Source: Carcharhinus longimanus (taxonomy: Eukaryota). Taken from it: 64,000 nucleotides of DNA. Position 1 is the stretch's first letter. Each line of letters starts with the position of its first letter. Positions 1 through 12,389 of the stretch are shown here, in pieces. The position numbers and the translations under genes were made by a program. The stretch covers positions 37,772,108 to 37,836,107 of the forward strand of contig JASCQW010000105.1 of assembly GCA_030264375.1 (NCBI GenBank). Reading direction: 5' to 3'. The notes beneath the pieces were generated by a model that worked only from the letters and a program-made list of their open reading frames with translations, had not been told where the DNA came from and made no database searches.

Positions 1-254
1 TATCATTATCTTGTCCTTTGAAGGAACAGAAAGGTTCCGTGATCTCTGACCATATCTTGTTTTCTGATGTAATAGAAAGTTCTGTGACTCTGACCTTATC
101 TCGCCTCACTCCTCCAGCCCTAAGTTATGTGGAGTCAGCCTTATCAGGTCTTGACCTTCTTCAGTCTTATTCATGTCTTAGGTTATGCGGAGTCAGTGTT
201 CCTTATTTTTTTTAACCAAATACTTGACCAATTTTCCCATCATGCCACTACTTC

Positions 255-1155
255 ACTCGTACAACTTTACAAAATGAGTGGGAAAGTAAGTTGCAATGAG
301 GAAATAAGAAATTTACAATTGTACATGGATAGGTTAGGTTAATGCACCTGAAATCTGAATGATGGAATGTAACACTGAGGTTATCCATTTTGGCTGCAGG
401 AATAAAAAGGCAACTTATTATCTAAATGGGGAGAAATAAAAAGCTTTGGTGCAGAGGGATTTGAGTATTGTTGTGCATTGATCGCAGAAAGTTAGTATAC
501 AGGTGCAGCAGGTAATAAAGACAACAAATGGAATTTTGGCATTTACTGCTGATGGAGTAGAGTTTAAAAGTAGGGAAGTGCTATTATAGGACATTATTGG
601 TGAGACCGCATCTAGAATACTGCACACCATTTTGGTCCTCTTATTTCAGGGAGGATCTAAATGTGTTAAAGAAAATGTTCGCTGGATTAACTCCAGGGAT
701 GAAGGACTTGTCTTATGAAGAGTGATTAAGCACAGATGGCACAGATGTATTAAGCAAACCTCTTTGGTCGAGTAGAAACAATTTGCTAACCCGTTGGAGT
801 TACGAAAGAGAGGGGATCTAATTTAAGTATAGAAGATGCTAAAAGGGTTTGATAGAGTAGAATTATCCCTTGTTGAACATTCTAGAATGAGAGGCCACAG
901 TTTTAGGCTAAGGGGTGACAGACTTAAAACAGGAATGAGAAGGAATTACTTCAAGGGGTCATGAGTCTGTTGAATTCTCTATCCCAAAGTTCAGTGGACA
1001 CCAGAACACTAAACAAATTTGAGGAAAGAGACAGGTTTTTAATTAGGAGTGAGAATGAAGGTAGTGATGAGGCCAAGATTAGCCACGATCATACTGAATG
1101 GCAGAGCTGACAGGAGGGGCTGAGTTGCTGATTCCTGCTCCTAGTTCTTATGTAT
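255..1155 (+). mobile_element. CR1 LINE 3' fragment (decayed RT C-terminus and 3'UTR)
   Basis: CR1-type motifs 'gaggttatccattttgg', 'tggtgagaccgcatctagaatactg', and tail 'ttcctgctcctagttcttatg'; frames broken. Confidence 0.85.
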
Positions 1156-1289
1156 TTACTTCAAAAAATACCATATTCTAACAGCAAATTTATAACTCAC
1201 CACCAAAACCAGAGCCATTAAGGCCACCACCTCTATATTACAAGTCATTTCAGGCTGCCATTGGGATACCTGTAGCACAGGGCAAACAC

Positions 1290-4200
1290 TAATGGCACAG
1301 ATGTATTAAGCAAACGACTTTTCTCGAGTAGAAACAATTTGCTAAGCCGGTTCTCACGCCTACAATTCGCAGCTTCTACCACTCTAATTGCCTGCAAGAT
1401 AATATGCTCTTACTCAATTCATAAAGCACAGCAACAATAATCGTTTGCTTTTCTGCAAACCCGAAAACAAATTTGGCAGTAACTCTCCAGTCTTTAAAGG
1501 GCAAATTTTGACAGGAAAATATTCCTGGCGCAATTTTTTTCAAACAGAAACTGAGTGTTTTTTTTGTTGCAAGAGCATGAAAAGCAAGAAAAACATTAAA
1601 CGCTTTCCGAGGTAAAATCGAAAGATTGCTAGCAAAGATAAAACAGATACTTATCTGTTCAGAAACATATTTATATAGCCGTGATATTATGTAACTACAG
1701 CAGATTCATCACTTGGTGTGCTACTAAGAACGGGAATGGCCATACCCAAACTCCTCATTTTGAACAAATAGTTTTCGGGTCATTTTTGTCAAATAGAAAT
1801 GAGCCGGGCAAAGAAATTGCAAACAAAGACGGATTCAAAAGGAATAAGAACAAAATTATTTTGTTCTAAATCTTTCCGGCTTACAAAATAAAGTGTGCCG
1901 ACACGCGAACTTATCGCTTTCTTCCCCAAAGTTTAATCACTGAGCGAGTTTTAGTTATCCCCGTTTAAACATTTAGTGCGAGCTGTTTTATCAAAAAAAC
2001 GGCTTTTACATAACCGCTGCAGGTTTTCTATTTTAAGCAATACGCATGACCTGCGGTTATTCTACTGCTCCAATAGGTGGTGCAAGGGAAAGCCAATTGC
2101 ATCATTTTCTGCAGTACCACATGTAATTGCTGGCCATTTTTTTCTCTCCCTTTGCTACCGCTGTGTGATTGTCTTTTCCTTATTTGAAATTGTGCATAAT
2201 GAACTTAAGAGAGCAAACACATCATATTTTTGGACACAGTGACCTTGTCACTCTTCGGCATGCGATGGCTATAATCCTCTAGTGGTCACACCATTGCCTC
2301 AATTGCTGGCGTTCATTTCTAAGCCCAACGCTCCATAACTCCATCAACGCCTTCCTTTTTAATAATTGGTCCATGGATCAGAAAGGCGGTATTGGATCCT
2401 GTCTGCGTAATTACCTGATTTCAACGATAATATAGGGTGCCCTTGCTGGAAACTGGACACGTGCAGCCGAGAATACAACCTGGTTTTACTATGATTGAAT
2501 TGGGGGAACTATAAATAACACGCCAACACAGCCCAACTACACAACCACCAGAAGTTATGATCAGGGTACTTATTTGGAGATAGTTTAAAAAATGTAATGC
2601 AACTGATCATATTTGGAAAAAAAAAGGACCTCGTCATTTATAGATTTTTGGTAGCATTTTGCGAAGTTTTGAATTAAACGTGTTCCATTTCCTGAGAGTG
2701 CACCTCGACAGGCATTATCTGTAATTGAGTTCTAGCAGAAGATGGAAGTACAAACGTTAGACTGGCATGTTTTGTAGCACAATTTTTAGAACGCAACTGG
2801 TGAAAACGATAGTTATTTAATTGCAACCAGCTGCTACGTTATCGTTTTCCATTACAGACATTTATAGCAGAGCATGGGTGAGAGTGGCGAAGGGTAAAAG
2901 GGTTTGAAAATTAATGGCCGAAGACAAAAAAAAGCTGATCATTTTGTGACAAGGAATCACATGATTATAGCACTTGAGTTGTATTGAATGCAAATACTTA
3001 GAGACCACCAGACTTCAAGTGGGTAGAAACATTAGTTCCCCATTATTTACCTGCTACTACCGTAAAAACTGTGAACCAATGCACTTGTATTAAATCAACT
3101 TTTCACTAATGCAGCCAGTATAAGGAGGCCTTCCCATGTGTGGAAGTGCCCCTCCCGCTGGATTTTGTTAGAATGTACACGCAAAGCAAGAACTACGTCA
3201 GTGTTTGGCAAACTATTTTCCAATGTGACCCTATCTTCTCAAGAGCAAATAGGGATCGTCAACAAATGCCGGCAACGTCCACATTCATGTGTGTATTATA
3301 TATAAAACTCAAATTAACATGACCTGAGAGAAAGCAAACAACAATGAACCAGCATAACATTCAGAATACGATTAAGGTGAGTTTTATAGATCCACATATA
3401 ATACATTATATAAATGGGAAACGTTTTTAAAGTGCTTGTCAAAATGCTTTAAAATTGATGTAGGTTTCAACCAAGTTCTTCATTTTCCAGGGTCACTCAG
3501 TGAAGCCTCTTTCCCTCCACTCCTTTCTGAGCCCCCCTCAACAGCCCTCTCTTCCCAACCTGCTGAACCCCACTGAGACTCCAACTCCATCCTCCCTGGT
3601 CTGCCGAAAGCTGAAACTCAATCTTCAGGCCGAGTGCAAACACCATACTTCCTCCCCGACCCCGTCCTAAAAATCATCCTGCCGAAACACGCTGTGGGCA
3701 AAATAAACGCACCCTGCATTTGGGGTGAGTGGCAGCCCCCCGAGTTTTCTCCCAGAATAGTCATTGGCAAACGTCCAGAGACTCTCCTCTCGATTTCGGC
3801 TGTGTGCGAGGCAACGGTGACCGAAAGAAGTTTGAGGTCAGGACAAAAGAATGATAATCCATCATCCAAAAGTTGGAATTGTGTCAAATGACGGAAAGGT
3901 TTCATTCTTGCAACAGAGGAGCAGGCCGTTCAACCTAATAGGGTTTTGCTAGTGCTTACGGCCTCCAAGATCATCCTCTCATCTAATATCCCATTTAACT
4001 CTAATAATAAATCTAATTATTGATCTAACCTTTCCCCTACATTTTCGCTCTTCACCTCAACCACTCATTGTAGTAACGAGTTTCATGCCCGCCACGTACT
4101 AAAGACGCTTCTCCCTAAATGCCTTATCAGTGACCATCTTTTATACATAGATTCTAGTATTGGGCCTCGTGAAAATATCTTAGTCCCAGTTTCTCCCGAG

Positions 4201-4450
4201 AAAACAGTGAATATCCACGTCGCACTTAGATCATTAACAGAAATAACAGAATGTTGTCAGAGTTACGTGCCACATAATTGCGCACGATGTTAAATTATTA
4301 GGGGAAAACGCAAATGTTATTTTGAAATAACAACCGTCATATTTTATAATGTACTCTCCAGAAAACGTTTGGAAAAATCTCGGACAAGGCCATATTATTT
4401 CAGATCACAATAAACAACAGTGGAATACAACCTCAATCAGTTTAAGAACC
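1290..4450. promoter_or_regulatory. CpG-undepleted, mostly unique region (candidate non-methylated island)
   Basis: Hand count of 13 CpG in 1861-2160 versus 2 in 10021-10320; no convincing ORF. Confidence 0.45.
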
Positions 4451-4719
4451 CCTCAAGCAAACAAACAATTCAGAGATGTTTATGAATGATCAGTTAGAAG
4501 TTGCTTCCATTTCATTTCAGACAAAACTATATTGGCCCGTTAATCCAATTTAATGATGCACATTTATCCACATTAAACTTTAATGAAGGCCTGTCCAAAT
4601 CATTGGCAACTCATTCTTCAAGATGTTGTCGGTATGAAATGCTAACATAACTATACTGAAATTTAAACTGACATGGAATATGTCCGTGTAGTTCAATTGG
4701 CTTTCTTGATACTCAACAC

Positions 4720-5200
4720 ACAAAATGAATAACTTGTATCTGTATAGAGCCATTTACCTTTTAAAACTTCCTAAGACGCAAACTTGACAAGCAAATTTGT
4801 GCATGTGATTAAATGCTTGATCAACGAAGTAGTTCTTAAAAAGGGATAGAAGTAGAAAAAGATGAGTTTGAGGGAATTCCAGAGTTTAGGCCCTCAGCTG
4901 CTGCAAGCATGGGAACCATGGAGAAGCAATTACAATCTGGGATGTGCAAAAGGCCAGAATTAAGACACAGCTGATTATCTCAAATGTTTATAGAGCAGGA
5001 GGCAATTACAGATATAGCGCAGGCCGAAGTAATGGAGGAATTTAAATGGATGAGTTTCAAAATCAAAGATTTGCTTAACCAGTAGCCAATGAAAGTTTCA
5101 GCGGCATATGCACAGTCAGAGGGCGAGTTGTAAAACGTAACGGAAGTGGAAATCGTCAGTCTAAGTGATGGCATGAATGTAAAGTTGGAAGCTAATTTTG
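4720..5200 (-). mobile_element. decayed L2-type LINE 3' fragment
   Basis: 'gagggaattccagagtttaggccctcagctgctg' and 'atggaggaatttaaa...ttttcaaaatc'-like motifs recur in the L2-like pieces at 59.7-61.7 kb. Confidence 0.55.
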
Positions 5201-5632
5201 GTGTTAAGCATGCACTGTAGTGTTTCTATGATGATCTGACCAACCTCAAAGAGCTGCAAGGAAGAGAGTTGGAGCCAGTGGCTCAGAAACTACATGGAAA
5301 AAAAAAAGCTGATTGCCCCATCTGACTGATTCCTGGAGGCATAGACTTGAATGAGCTGCATGGCAAAATTAATCCTGAATGTTCAGTAGCAAATTATGAT
5401 TTGGACTAGCAAATATGCAACTGAACTTCTGCTTTCAAGAGGCTGAATTCCAGATGACAACACAAGTAACTCTGTACATTAGAGAAATGGTCATTATCCT
5501 GTGAAAAATTATTTTTCAGTTGACATTAAAATTGGAGATGCAATTTTAACTTCTAAGATCCTAATAATAAGAGCAATTAAATGTTTAGAGACAATAGGTC
5601 ATACCTTATTAGCATTTGAGGAATCAAAACAG

Positions 5633-5686
5633 TTTTTTTAAAACTTTATTCCAATCCAATCAAGTCAAATTAAAGCCAATTCAGAG
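5633..5686 (-). mobile_element. 3' end of a second copy of the U2-headed retroposon, cut by an assembly gap
   Basis: T7 followed by 'aaactttattccaatccaatcaagtcaaattaaagccaattcagag', nearly identical to 8328-8381. Confidence 0.8.
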
Positions 5687-6084
5687 NNNNNNNNNNNNNN
5701 NNNNNNNNNNNNNNNNNNNNNNNNNNNNNNNNNNNNNNNNNNNNNNNNNNNNNNNNNNNNNNNNNNNNNNNNNNNNNNNNNNNNNNTGGATTTCAATGTG
5801 GTTGACTGCTCTATTTAGTAACCAGGATTTTGCATTGGAAATGATAATAAGATGACCAGACCAACTTTTATTGAGGAGTAAATTGGACAGCAACTTCTGA
5901 TATCTGTAAGTATGGGGTTGGATATGGAAGTCAGGAAGTTGGACTTGTGATATTTGATACATTCCATTGAACATAACAGAAAATGTTAGGGCTTCTCCAT
6001 TTTAGTAAAAGTAAATGATTGAGGTCAAATAATCACAATGGCACTGGAAATTAACTTTGATAAATAACGAGTATTATTTGTGGG

Positions 6085-7530
6085 GACATCAGACCTGGAA
6101 CAGAGGAGGCCATTCAGTCCTTCAAGTATATTCTGCCATTCATTAAAATCATGTCTGACCTTATTGTGGTCTCAGGTCTCTACCTTCCTGTCTGTCCTCA
6201 TCACCCTTGACTACCTTGTCTATCAAAAATCTACCTAAGTCCACCTTGAATAAATTTAGCACCCACAGCTTTCTGGAAAAGAGAATCACATAGACTAGCA
6301 ACCCTTTGAGACATTTTTTTCTGGAGGTTCCTTATTTTTAATTGTTCCTGTAGTTCTTTCCCACAAGAGGAAACATTTGCCTGATGTCTACTCCCTTAGA
6401 ATTTTCTATGTTCCAATAAGATCCCATTCTTCTAAACTCCGATTAATATACATCCAATCTGTTCAACCTTTTTTTTATAAGATTAGCCCCAGGAATGAGT
6501 CGAGTGAACCTTTTCTGAATTGCTTCTAATGCAATTATATCCTTTCTTAAATAAGGTGTCAAAACTGTACGCAATATTCCCAATGCGGTCTCCCCAAGGC
6601 CCTGTACAGTTGCATTAGAACTTTATATTCCACTCCATTTGCTTTTCGAATTGCTTGTTGTACCTGCATACTAACTTTTTGTCCTTCATGTACCACTTCA
6701 TATACCGCTGAATTCTGCAATCTCTCACCATGTAAATAGTATGCTGCTTTTCACATTTTTCCATGTTATGTCACATCTATCAAACATTTGCCAATCATTC
6801 AACCTACCTATTTCCTTTTGTACACCCTCTATCACCTCTTGACAACTTACTGTCCTACCAGTCATGCTATCGTTGGCAGATTTAACTACCATACACTGGT
6901 TCTTCATCCAAATCGCTGATGTAGATTGTAAATATTCGATGTAGATTGTAAATACTGATCCCTTTGGCACTCTGCTAGCTACATCTTGCCAACCTGAAAA
7001 AGACCCATTTATCCCTACTCTCTGCCTCCTGTTAGCCAACTAATGTTTTAGCTATGCTGATATGTTTTACGCACATGCCCATGAGCTCTTATGTTGTGTA
7101 GTAAACTTTGATGTGATTTCCTTATCAATGCCTTTTGGAATTCTAAGTACACCACATCTACAGGTTTCCCTTCTCGACAGTCAACTGTTGTTAACTCTGT
7201 TTGATCTCATTATGATTTTCTAGGTATTCTATTCTAACCTCAATAATGGATTCCAGCAATTTCCCTGTGGCAGATGTTGGGCTAACTGGCCGCCTTGCTT
7301 TCTGTCTCCCTTCTTTCTTGAATAAAAAGTATTACATTTTCTAATTTCCAATCTGTTAGGCCCTTTCTATAATCTAAGGAATTTTTGGAAGATGATAACC
7401 AATGCCTCTACTATCTGTGTAGCCACTTCTTTTAAGAGTCGAGAACACAGGTCATTTGGTCCTGGAGACTTGTCAGCCTTTAGGTGTATTAGTTTTCCGA
7501 GCATCTCTTCCCTGGTGATGATGATTATTC
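6085..7530 (-). mobile_element. CR1 LINE fragment (RT)
   Basis: ORF 6725-7039 'RRQRVGINGSFSGWQDVASRVPKGS' is CR1 RT; CR1 3' tail near 6090-6170. Confidence 0.85.
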
Positions 7531-8327
7531 ATCCCTCTCTGTCACAATTTGGTTCTCAAATGTCTTGGGATATTTCTACAGGTCTTCAGACTTTAATTAT
7601 TGTTGGAGATTTTTAAAGATAGTTAGAATTTGTTCCACTTTTCCCTTTGTTAGTTTTTTTCCTTCTGAATCACTTCTTTCTTTCCCTCTCTTTATATCAC
7701 TTTCTGTATATGACTTTTCTCCTTCAATTAAATATTTTAACTCCTATTTCCTGATTTGGACTCTTTTTGTTTATTAAAAAAGTCTTCAATTTGATTGGTG
7801 AAGGAGATATCCAATTAGTTGCTGTCTTTACACAGTCCCCATCGAGGGTGCTGCGCCGTTTCAAGTATTTTATGTCAAATTCCAGTGCCAGAACCCACAG
7901 AAAGTCTGGGGAATTGGAATAAATGGCCGGTGAAGTTCCTTCATCACTGGCCACAAAGTCTGGCCCATTGTGCTGCTGTTTTCACATGATATCCTGACAA
8001 AGATTAAGTTCCACTGTCGCTGTCGCTGAGGGCTTCTGTGCCCCATTTTCTCTGACACCCCCTCCCCCCCAAGAAATGAGAGTTTGGGCAAAGCTCCACG
8101 TTGCGATTTGAGACAAATGTCTGTGTGCTGATCATTAACTAAATAATTTTCAAGGAGAAGTCTGTTAGCCTCATAACATTAAAGCTGCTCCTTTCCCTTC
8201 ACTCCTACCTGATTCAAAAAAAACGATCAAGGCATAATCACAGGAAATGGGGGCATGTGGTCCAGTAAAAAAAAACTAAGGCAGCAAAATGGCAGTACAC
8301 CATTATCTGCAGTGTGGACTGTGTCTC

Positions 8328-8638
8328 TTTTTTTTAAACTTTATTCCAATCCAATCAACTCAAGTTAAAGCCAATTCAGAGTTCCAACAAGTTGGGACAT
8401 TCCCGATCCAAGCTGACAAGACAGAGCTCTCACCTCCTGACTTGGGCTTGATCTATGGCTGTTTGGAGTAGGTGTAGCTCCTCCTCCAAGGCTTGATCTA
8501 ATTTGCATCTTAGCCAAAAGGCCCAGATGCCGCTTTAAAAAATTGCTTCAAATGAAGCTGAAATGTAACCTAATAACTTCAACCAAGTGCAACATGTCGA
8601 TACTACACGTGATCTTAGCCAAGAGGCCGAGAAGCGAT
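8328..8638 (-). mobile_element. U2 snRNA-headed, AATAAA/poly(A)-tailed short retroposon (SINEU-like candidate)
   Basis: Minus strand starts ATCGCTTCTCGGCCTCTTGGCTAAGATCACGTGTAGTATC, has a second U2-like segment at 8507-8530, and ends GGAATAAAGTTT-A8; its 3' end recurs at 5633-5686. Confidence 0.7.
8599..8638 (-). pseudogene. U2 snRNA 5' fragment (nt 1-40)
   Basis: 38/40 match to the vertebrate U2 5' end ATCGCTTCTCGGCCTTTTGGCTAAGATCAAGTGTAGTATC; no Sm site or 3' stems follow. Confidence 0.93.
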
Positions 8639-8699
8639 CAAAACGGTTACTGCACCCAGTCAGCTTCTGAAGTCCATACTGACTTGATCCAGGAACAAG

Positions 8700-9800
8700 T
8701 TCATAAATCCTATTCCTCTGCCTTTTCCCTAAAGCCCTGCAGCTTTTTTTTTTCCCAGGTACACAGCTAATATTCTTTTTAAAAACCACAAATGAATTCG
8801 TCTCCCTCACCCCCTCAGAGGCAACACATTCCAAATTCAAACCACTTGTTGCTTTGTACTGTATGCATCTGCTTACAAAACCCAGGATCCTATTTTTAAT
8901 CTTTCTCAACTTGCCCCACCTCCAAAGATCTGTGCAGATATTCCCCCAGGTATCTCAGTTCTTGCAGCCACTTTAGAATTGTACTTTAGTTATATGCTGC
9001 CTCCCCTATCAAAATGTGTCACTTCACACCTTCCTGTGTTAAGCTACATCTGCCAAGTGCTGCCCATTCCAGCCTATCAGTTCTCTCAAATTCAATCACC
9101 ACCATTTTCACACTTCACAATACCAAGTTTTATTACCTGCAAATTTTGAAACTGCATCCTCCACAGCCAAGTCTAGTTCATTTACGTATCAAGAAAAGCA
9201 GCCTAGAATTGACCCCTAGCAAACACCTTTTTGTAGCTGCCTCCACTCCAAGAAAGAATTCAGTAGTAGTTACTCAATCAACTCTGTAACCACACCACTA
9301 CCTAGTTTATTCCAAGGGCTATAACTTTGCTAGGAAATCTGTCACAAAGCACTTTATCAAACATCTTTGGAAGTCTATATTGGCTACATCAATCACAATA
9401 TCCTTTTCAATCCTCTTGTTACCTAAATCAAGTTGGTTAAGTAGAATTTTTGTTCAACAAATTTGAGATTTAATTTCCTTAGTTGGTCAATTGAACAAGT
9501 GTAGATTAATTATGTCCGAGACAATCATTTATAAAAGCTTTCCCTACCACTGTGATTAAACTGACTGGCTTGTGGTTATTGGATTTTTTTTTGCACCCTT
9601 TTTGAATAAGGATGTAATGTTTATGATTCTCCAGTCTTCTATTCGCAGTATATCAAAGAAAGGATTGTGAGATTATTATCAGTACCTCGATAATTTCCAT
9701 TCTTTTTTCACTCAGTATCTTCTAATGCATACCACCATGATGACTTATTAATTTTTAAGTACAAACAGCCTTTCTAACACATCGACCAATTTGTAGTCCA
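8700..9800 (-). mobile_element. old CR1 LINE fragments
   Basis: CR1-like motifs 'actttatcaaacatctttggaagtctatat', 'ccctaccactgtgattaaactgactggc'. Confidence 0.7.
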
Positions 9801-12389
9801 TTTAGTATTTCAGCTGTATCCTCAATAACTATGATTCCAGTAGCACCTTCTGTCCTTGACGTTAACAGAGATTAATCTTTTGAAAAGCTAACAGTTTTAG
9901 AAGTCAGGGCATGGAGGTAGAAGGGGGATTGGAGATCACAAAACCAACAATTGTTTGTATTGCTGGCTGTATCTTAATCATATTCCTAATACCTATCAAC
10001 ATCTGTATCACTTCAATTTTTAAAGACAGGTAAGTTAAAGCTAAATGCAGGAAAGTCTTGATCTCCTGAAAGACAGCAAATGACAAAAAGCACATAAATA
10101 AAGTTAAAACACGTATGTGGGGCAGTGATGTCAGGGTGGTGGTAGGTCAACATTTGGGTCTTTTGCTATTCTCAAGCTGCATTTAAAACAGATCCAGAAA
10201 TTGTAAATTGGCTCAAGTATGACAAAAAGTGTGTTGGAAATGTATTCTCGATGATGTAGCCAACAATGAAATGCAAGCCTATCTGAAAACTATGGAAGAT
10301 TGAACACTTAATAAGTTACCTCTGTGCAGCGACAAGTAAAACAATGTTAAATTATGCTTATGATAAACTTGAGCAGTTTTGGCTTTACTCACTGCAACAC
10401 AAGGGAAAATGAAACCAGAAAAGCAGTGTAGGGATGATCTAGGCTCAATCCTGACAGAGAGATGACATCTCTAGTAAACACTTGAAAAGCTTCAAAAACA
10501 TCAAATGGGAATCATGTATAAAAATTCAAATATTACAACAATATAGATATAAGTTATGAACAAGGAGCAGAACCTAAAACTGCTTAAAGTAAAAATTGGG
10601 AGATTCAGGTTTGAATTTCAGAATAAAGCATAATCAGCATTTCATATCAGCAAACGGATACGAAAACCCAGAGCTGATGGGGAAAGAGAATGTTTTTAAA
10701 AACATAGGAATTTGGAGCAGAAATTAGTTCAGGCCCTTCAAGCCTGCTCTGCCATTCAATCAGATCATGACTGATCGCTCCCTGGTCTCAAAGCCACCTT
10801 CCCACCTGTTCCTCGTGTCCCTTTTCCCATTTTTATTAGAAATATGTCCATCTCCTTTTTGGTACCATTCAGTGATTCAGACTCTACCGCGCTATGGGGC
10901 TGTGCCATTTTGTGTATAACCAAGATGAGAGAACTACCGTTTATTTGTATCAGTTTTGTAATTAAATTTAACATGCATTTATATAGCAGTTTTAACATTG
11001 CAAAATTTCCTAAGCCACTTCAGAGGTGCATCAAACTTCAATGCTGAGCAACATTAGGAAATTGAGAACTCTGAAAAAATATGCAAAAATATATAATCAA
11101 AGGTGGCACAACATTTTGATCAGTAACACATGTTACTGTGTCAACAGAAAAGAACAAAAAACCCTTGTAAATCCCCGTTCCATGATGTTTGATCTTTTAT
11201 CCAAAGGTGAGCTTCATATTCCCACAGGATGCAAGTTTGCTGATTTGGACTACAATAAATAGTGATACTGAACAATGTTATGCTGAACAAGAAATTGATT
11301 TGAAGTTCGAGGTTTTGTACCCATATCAGTAATAAGCATGTAGATCAACAAGGATAGCATCTAGTGTTCCAAGTGTGTCTTCAGCCCAGGGAGGAAATGT
11401 ATATATTTGAAGATTATAATATTGGCGATGTTGATTTGGATTTCAAACATATGAAGTTCCTAACCCTGTGTTGCAGGGCTTAGTAATACCTATGAAAGTA
11501 ATTTATAGGCATTAGGTTAAATATACTTGTAAATATACTTGCTGGTCAATGAAATGACTGGTTGAAATACCCAAGTTAATATATTCTGAAAATTTCAATA
11601 GGCTATTAGTATTTGGCTAAATCTTCAGTTTGTATCTATCTTAACTTGATGGATAAATGTATATTTCTTTTATCAAGTAGTTTGCTACTTATACAAAGAC
11701 ACTTTTATTCAATCATGGGACTTGGGTGTCGCTGGCTGGCCAACACTTATTGCCTATTCCTAGTCACCCGTAAGAAGTTCATGCAAAATGATCATCTTTC
11801 TAGAGAATCATCAACACAGATGAAACCAAATTGTAAGAAACCAGAAAAAATATTTATTCACTACAGAAGAGATTAAGAGATCTAAAGAGGTGTTCAAGTT
11901 TTGCTAAGATAAATTTGAAAATAAAATATTTCTGCTGGTTGGTAATTTGTAATTAAGTGGTAACTAGAAGACTAAATCAAAAGAAACATTAGGAGGATTT
12001 AAAAAGAAACAATTATTAGAAGGAATTTGGCTGGAAAGTTACCAGGCATACTGATGGTGAAAACGTAATTCACAACAGCTTTAAAAAAAAAAGTGGATGT
12101 TTGGGAAATTTTTAAACAAGTGCGAGGGAAGAGAGAACAGATTTGCCTTTCATTTAAACAGCAATTATCCGCTTTGGTTTATTTCAAGCTACTGGGCTAA
12201 ATAGCTGTATTCAATACTGGAAAATGTAATGTTTCTAGATATTCAAGTTGAAGTATAATTTGAATACAGGGTCATTAGTGTCAAAGTGGATGCTATTATG
12301 TCTTCTCTTACTTGAATAGGTAACACTTTTTAAATGATCATGTTTTACCACTATTCATCTCCAAACTGAATGGGTGCAAAACAACTGTA

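Noticed and set aside
2010-2060. Imperfect hairpin ataaccgc(tgc)agg...cctgcggttat
   Set aside because: Short bulged stem with a large loop; not a credible pre-miRNA and possible by chance
2414-2480. Possible small minus-strand exon (ccag...ag/gtaatt)
   Set aside because: Weak polypyrimidine tract and no recognisable peptide or partner exons
7724-8091. Short minus-strand ORFs and a bulged hairpin at about 7924-7953
   Set aside because: No recognisable protein motif or splice structure
8599-8638. Functional U2 snRNA gene
   Set aside because: Only nt 1-40 are present; no Sm site, 3' stems or recognisable PSE
9041-9060. AGCTACATCTG, resembling the miR-222 5' end (miR-221/222 is near KDM6A in human)
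   Set aside because: Match stops after 11 nt, lies in a CR1 remnant and has no hairpin
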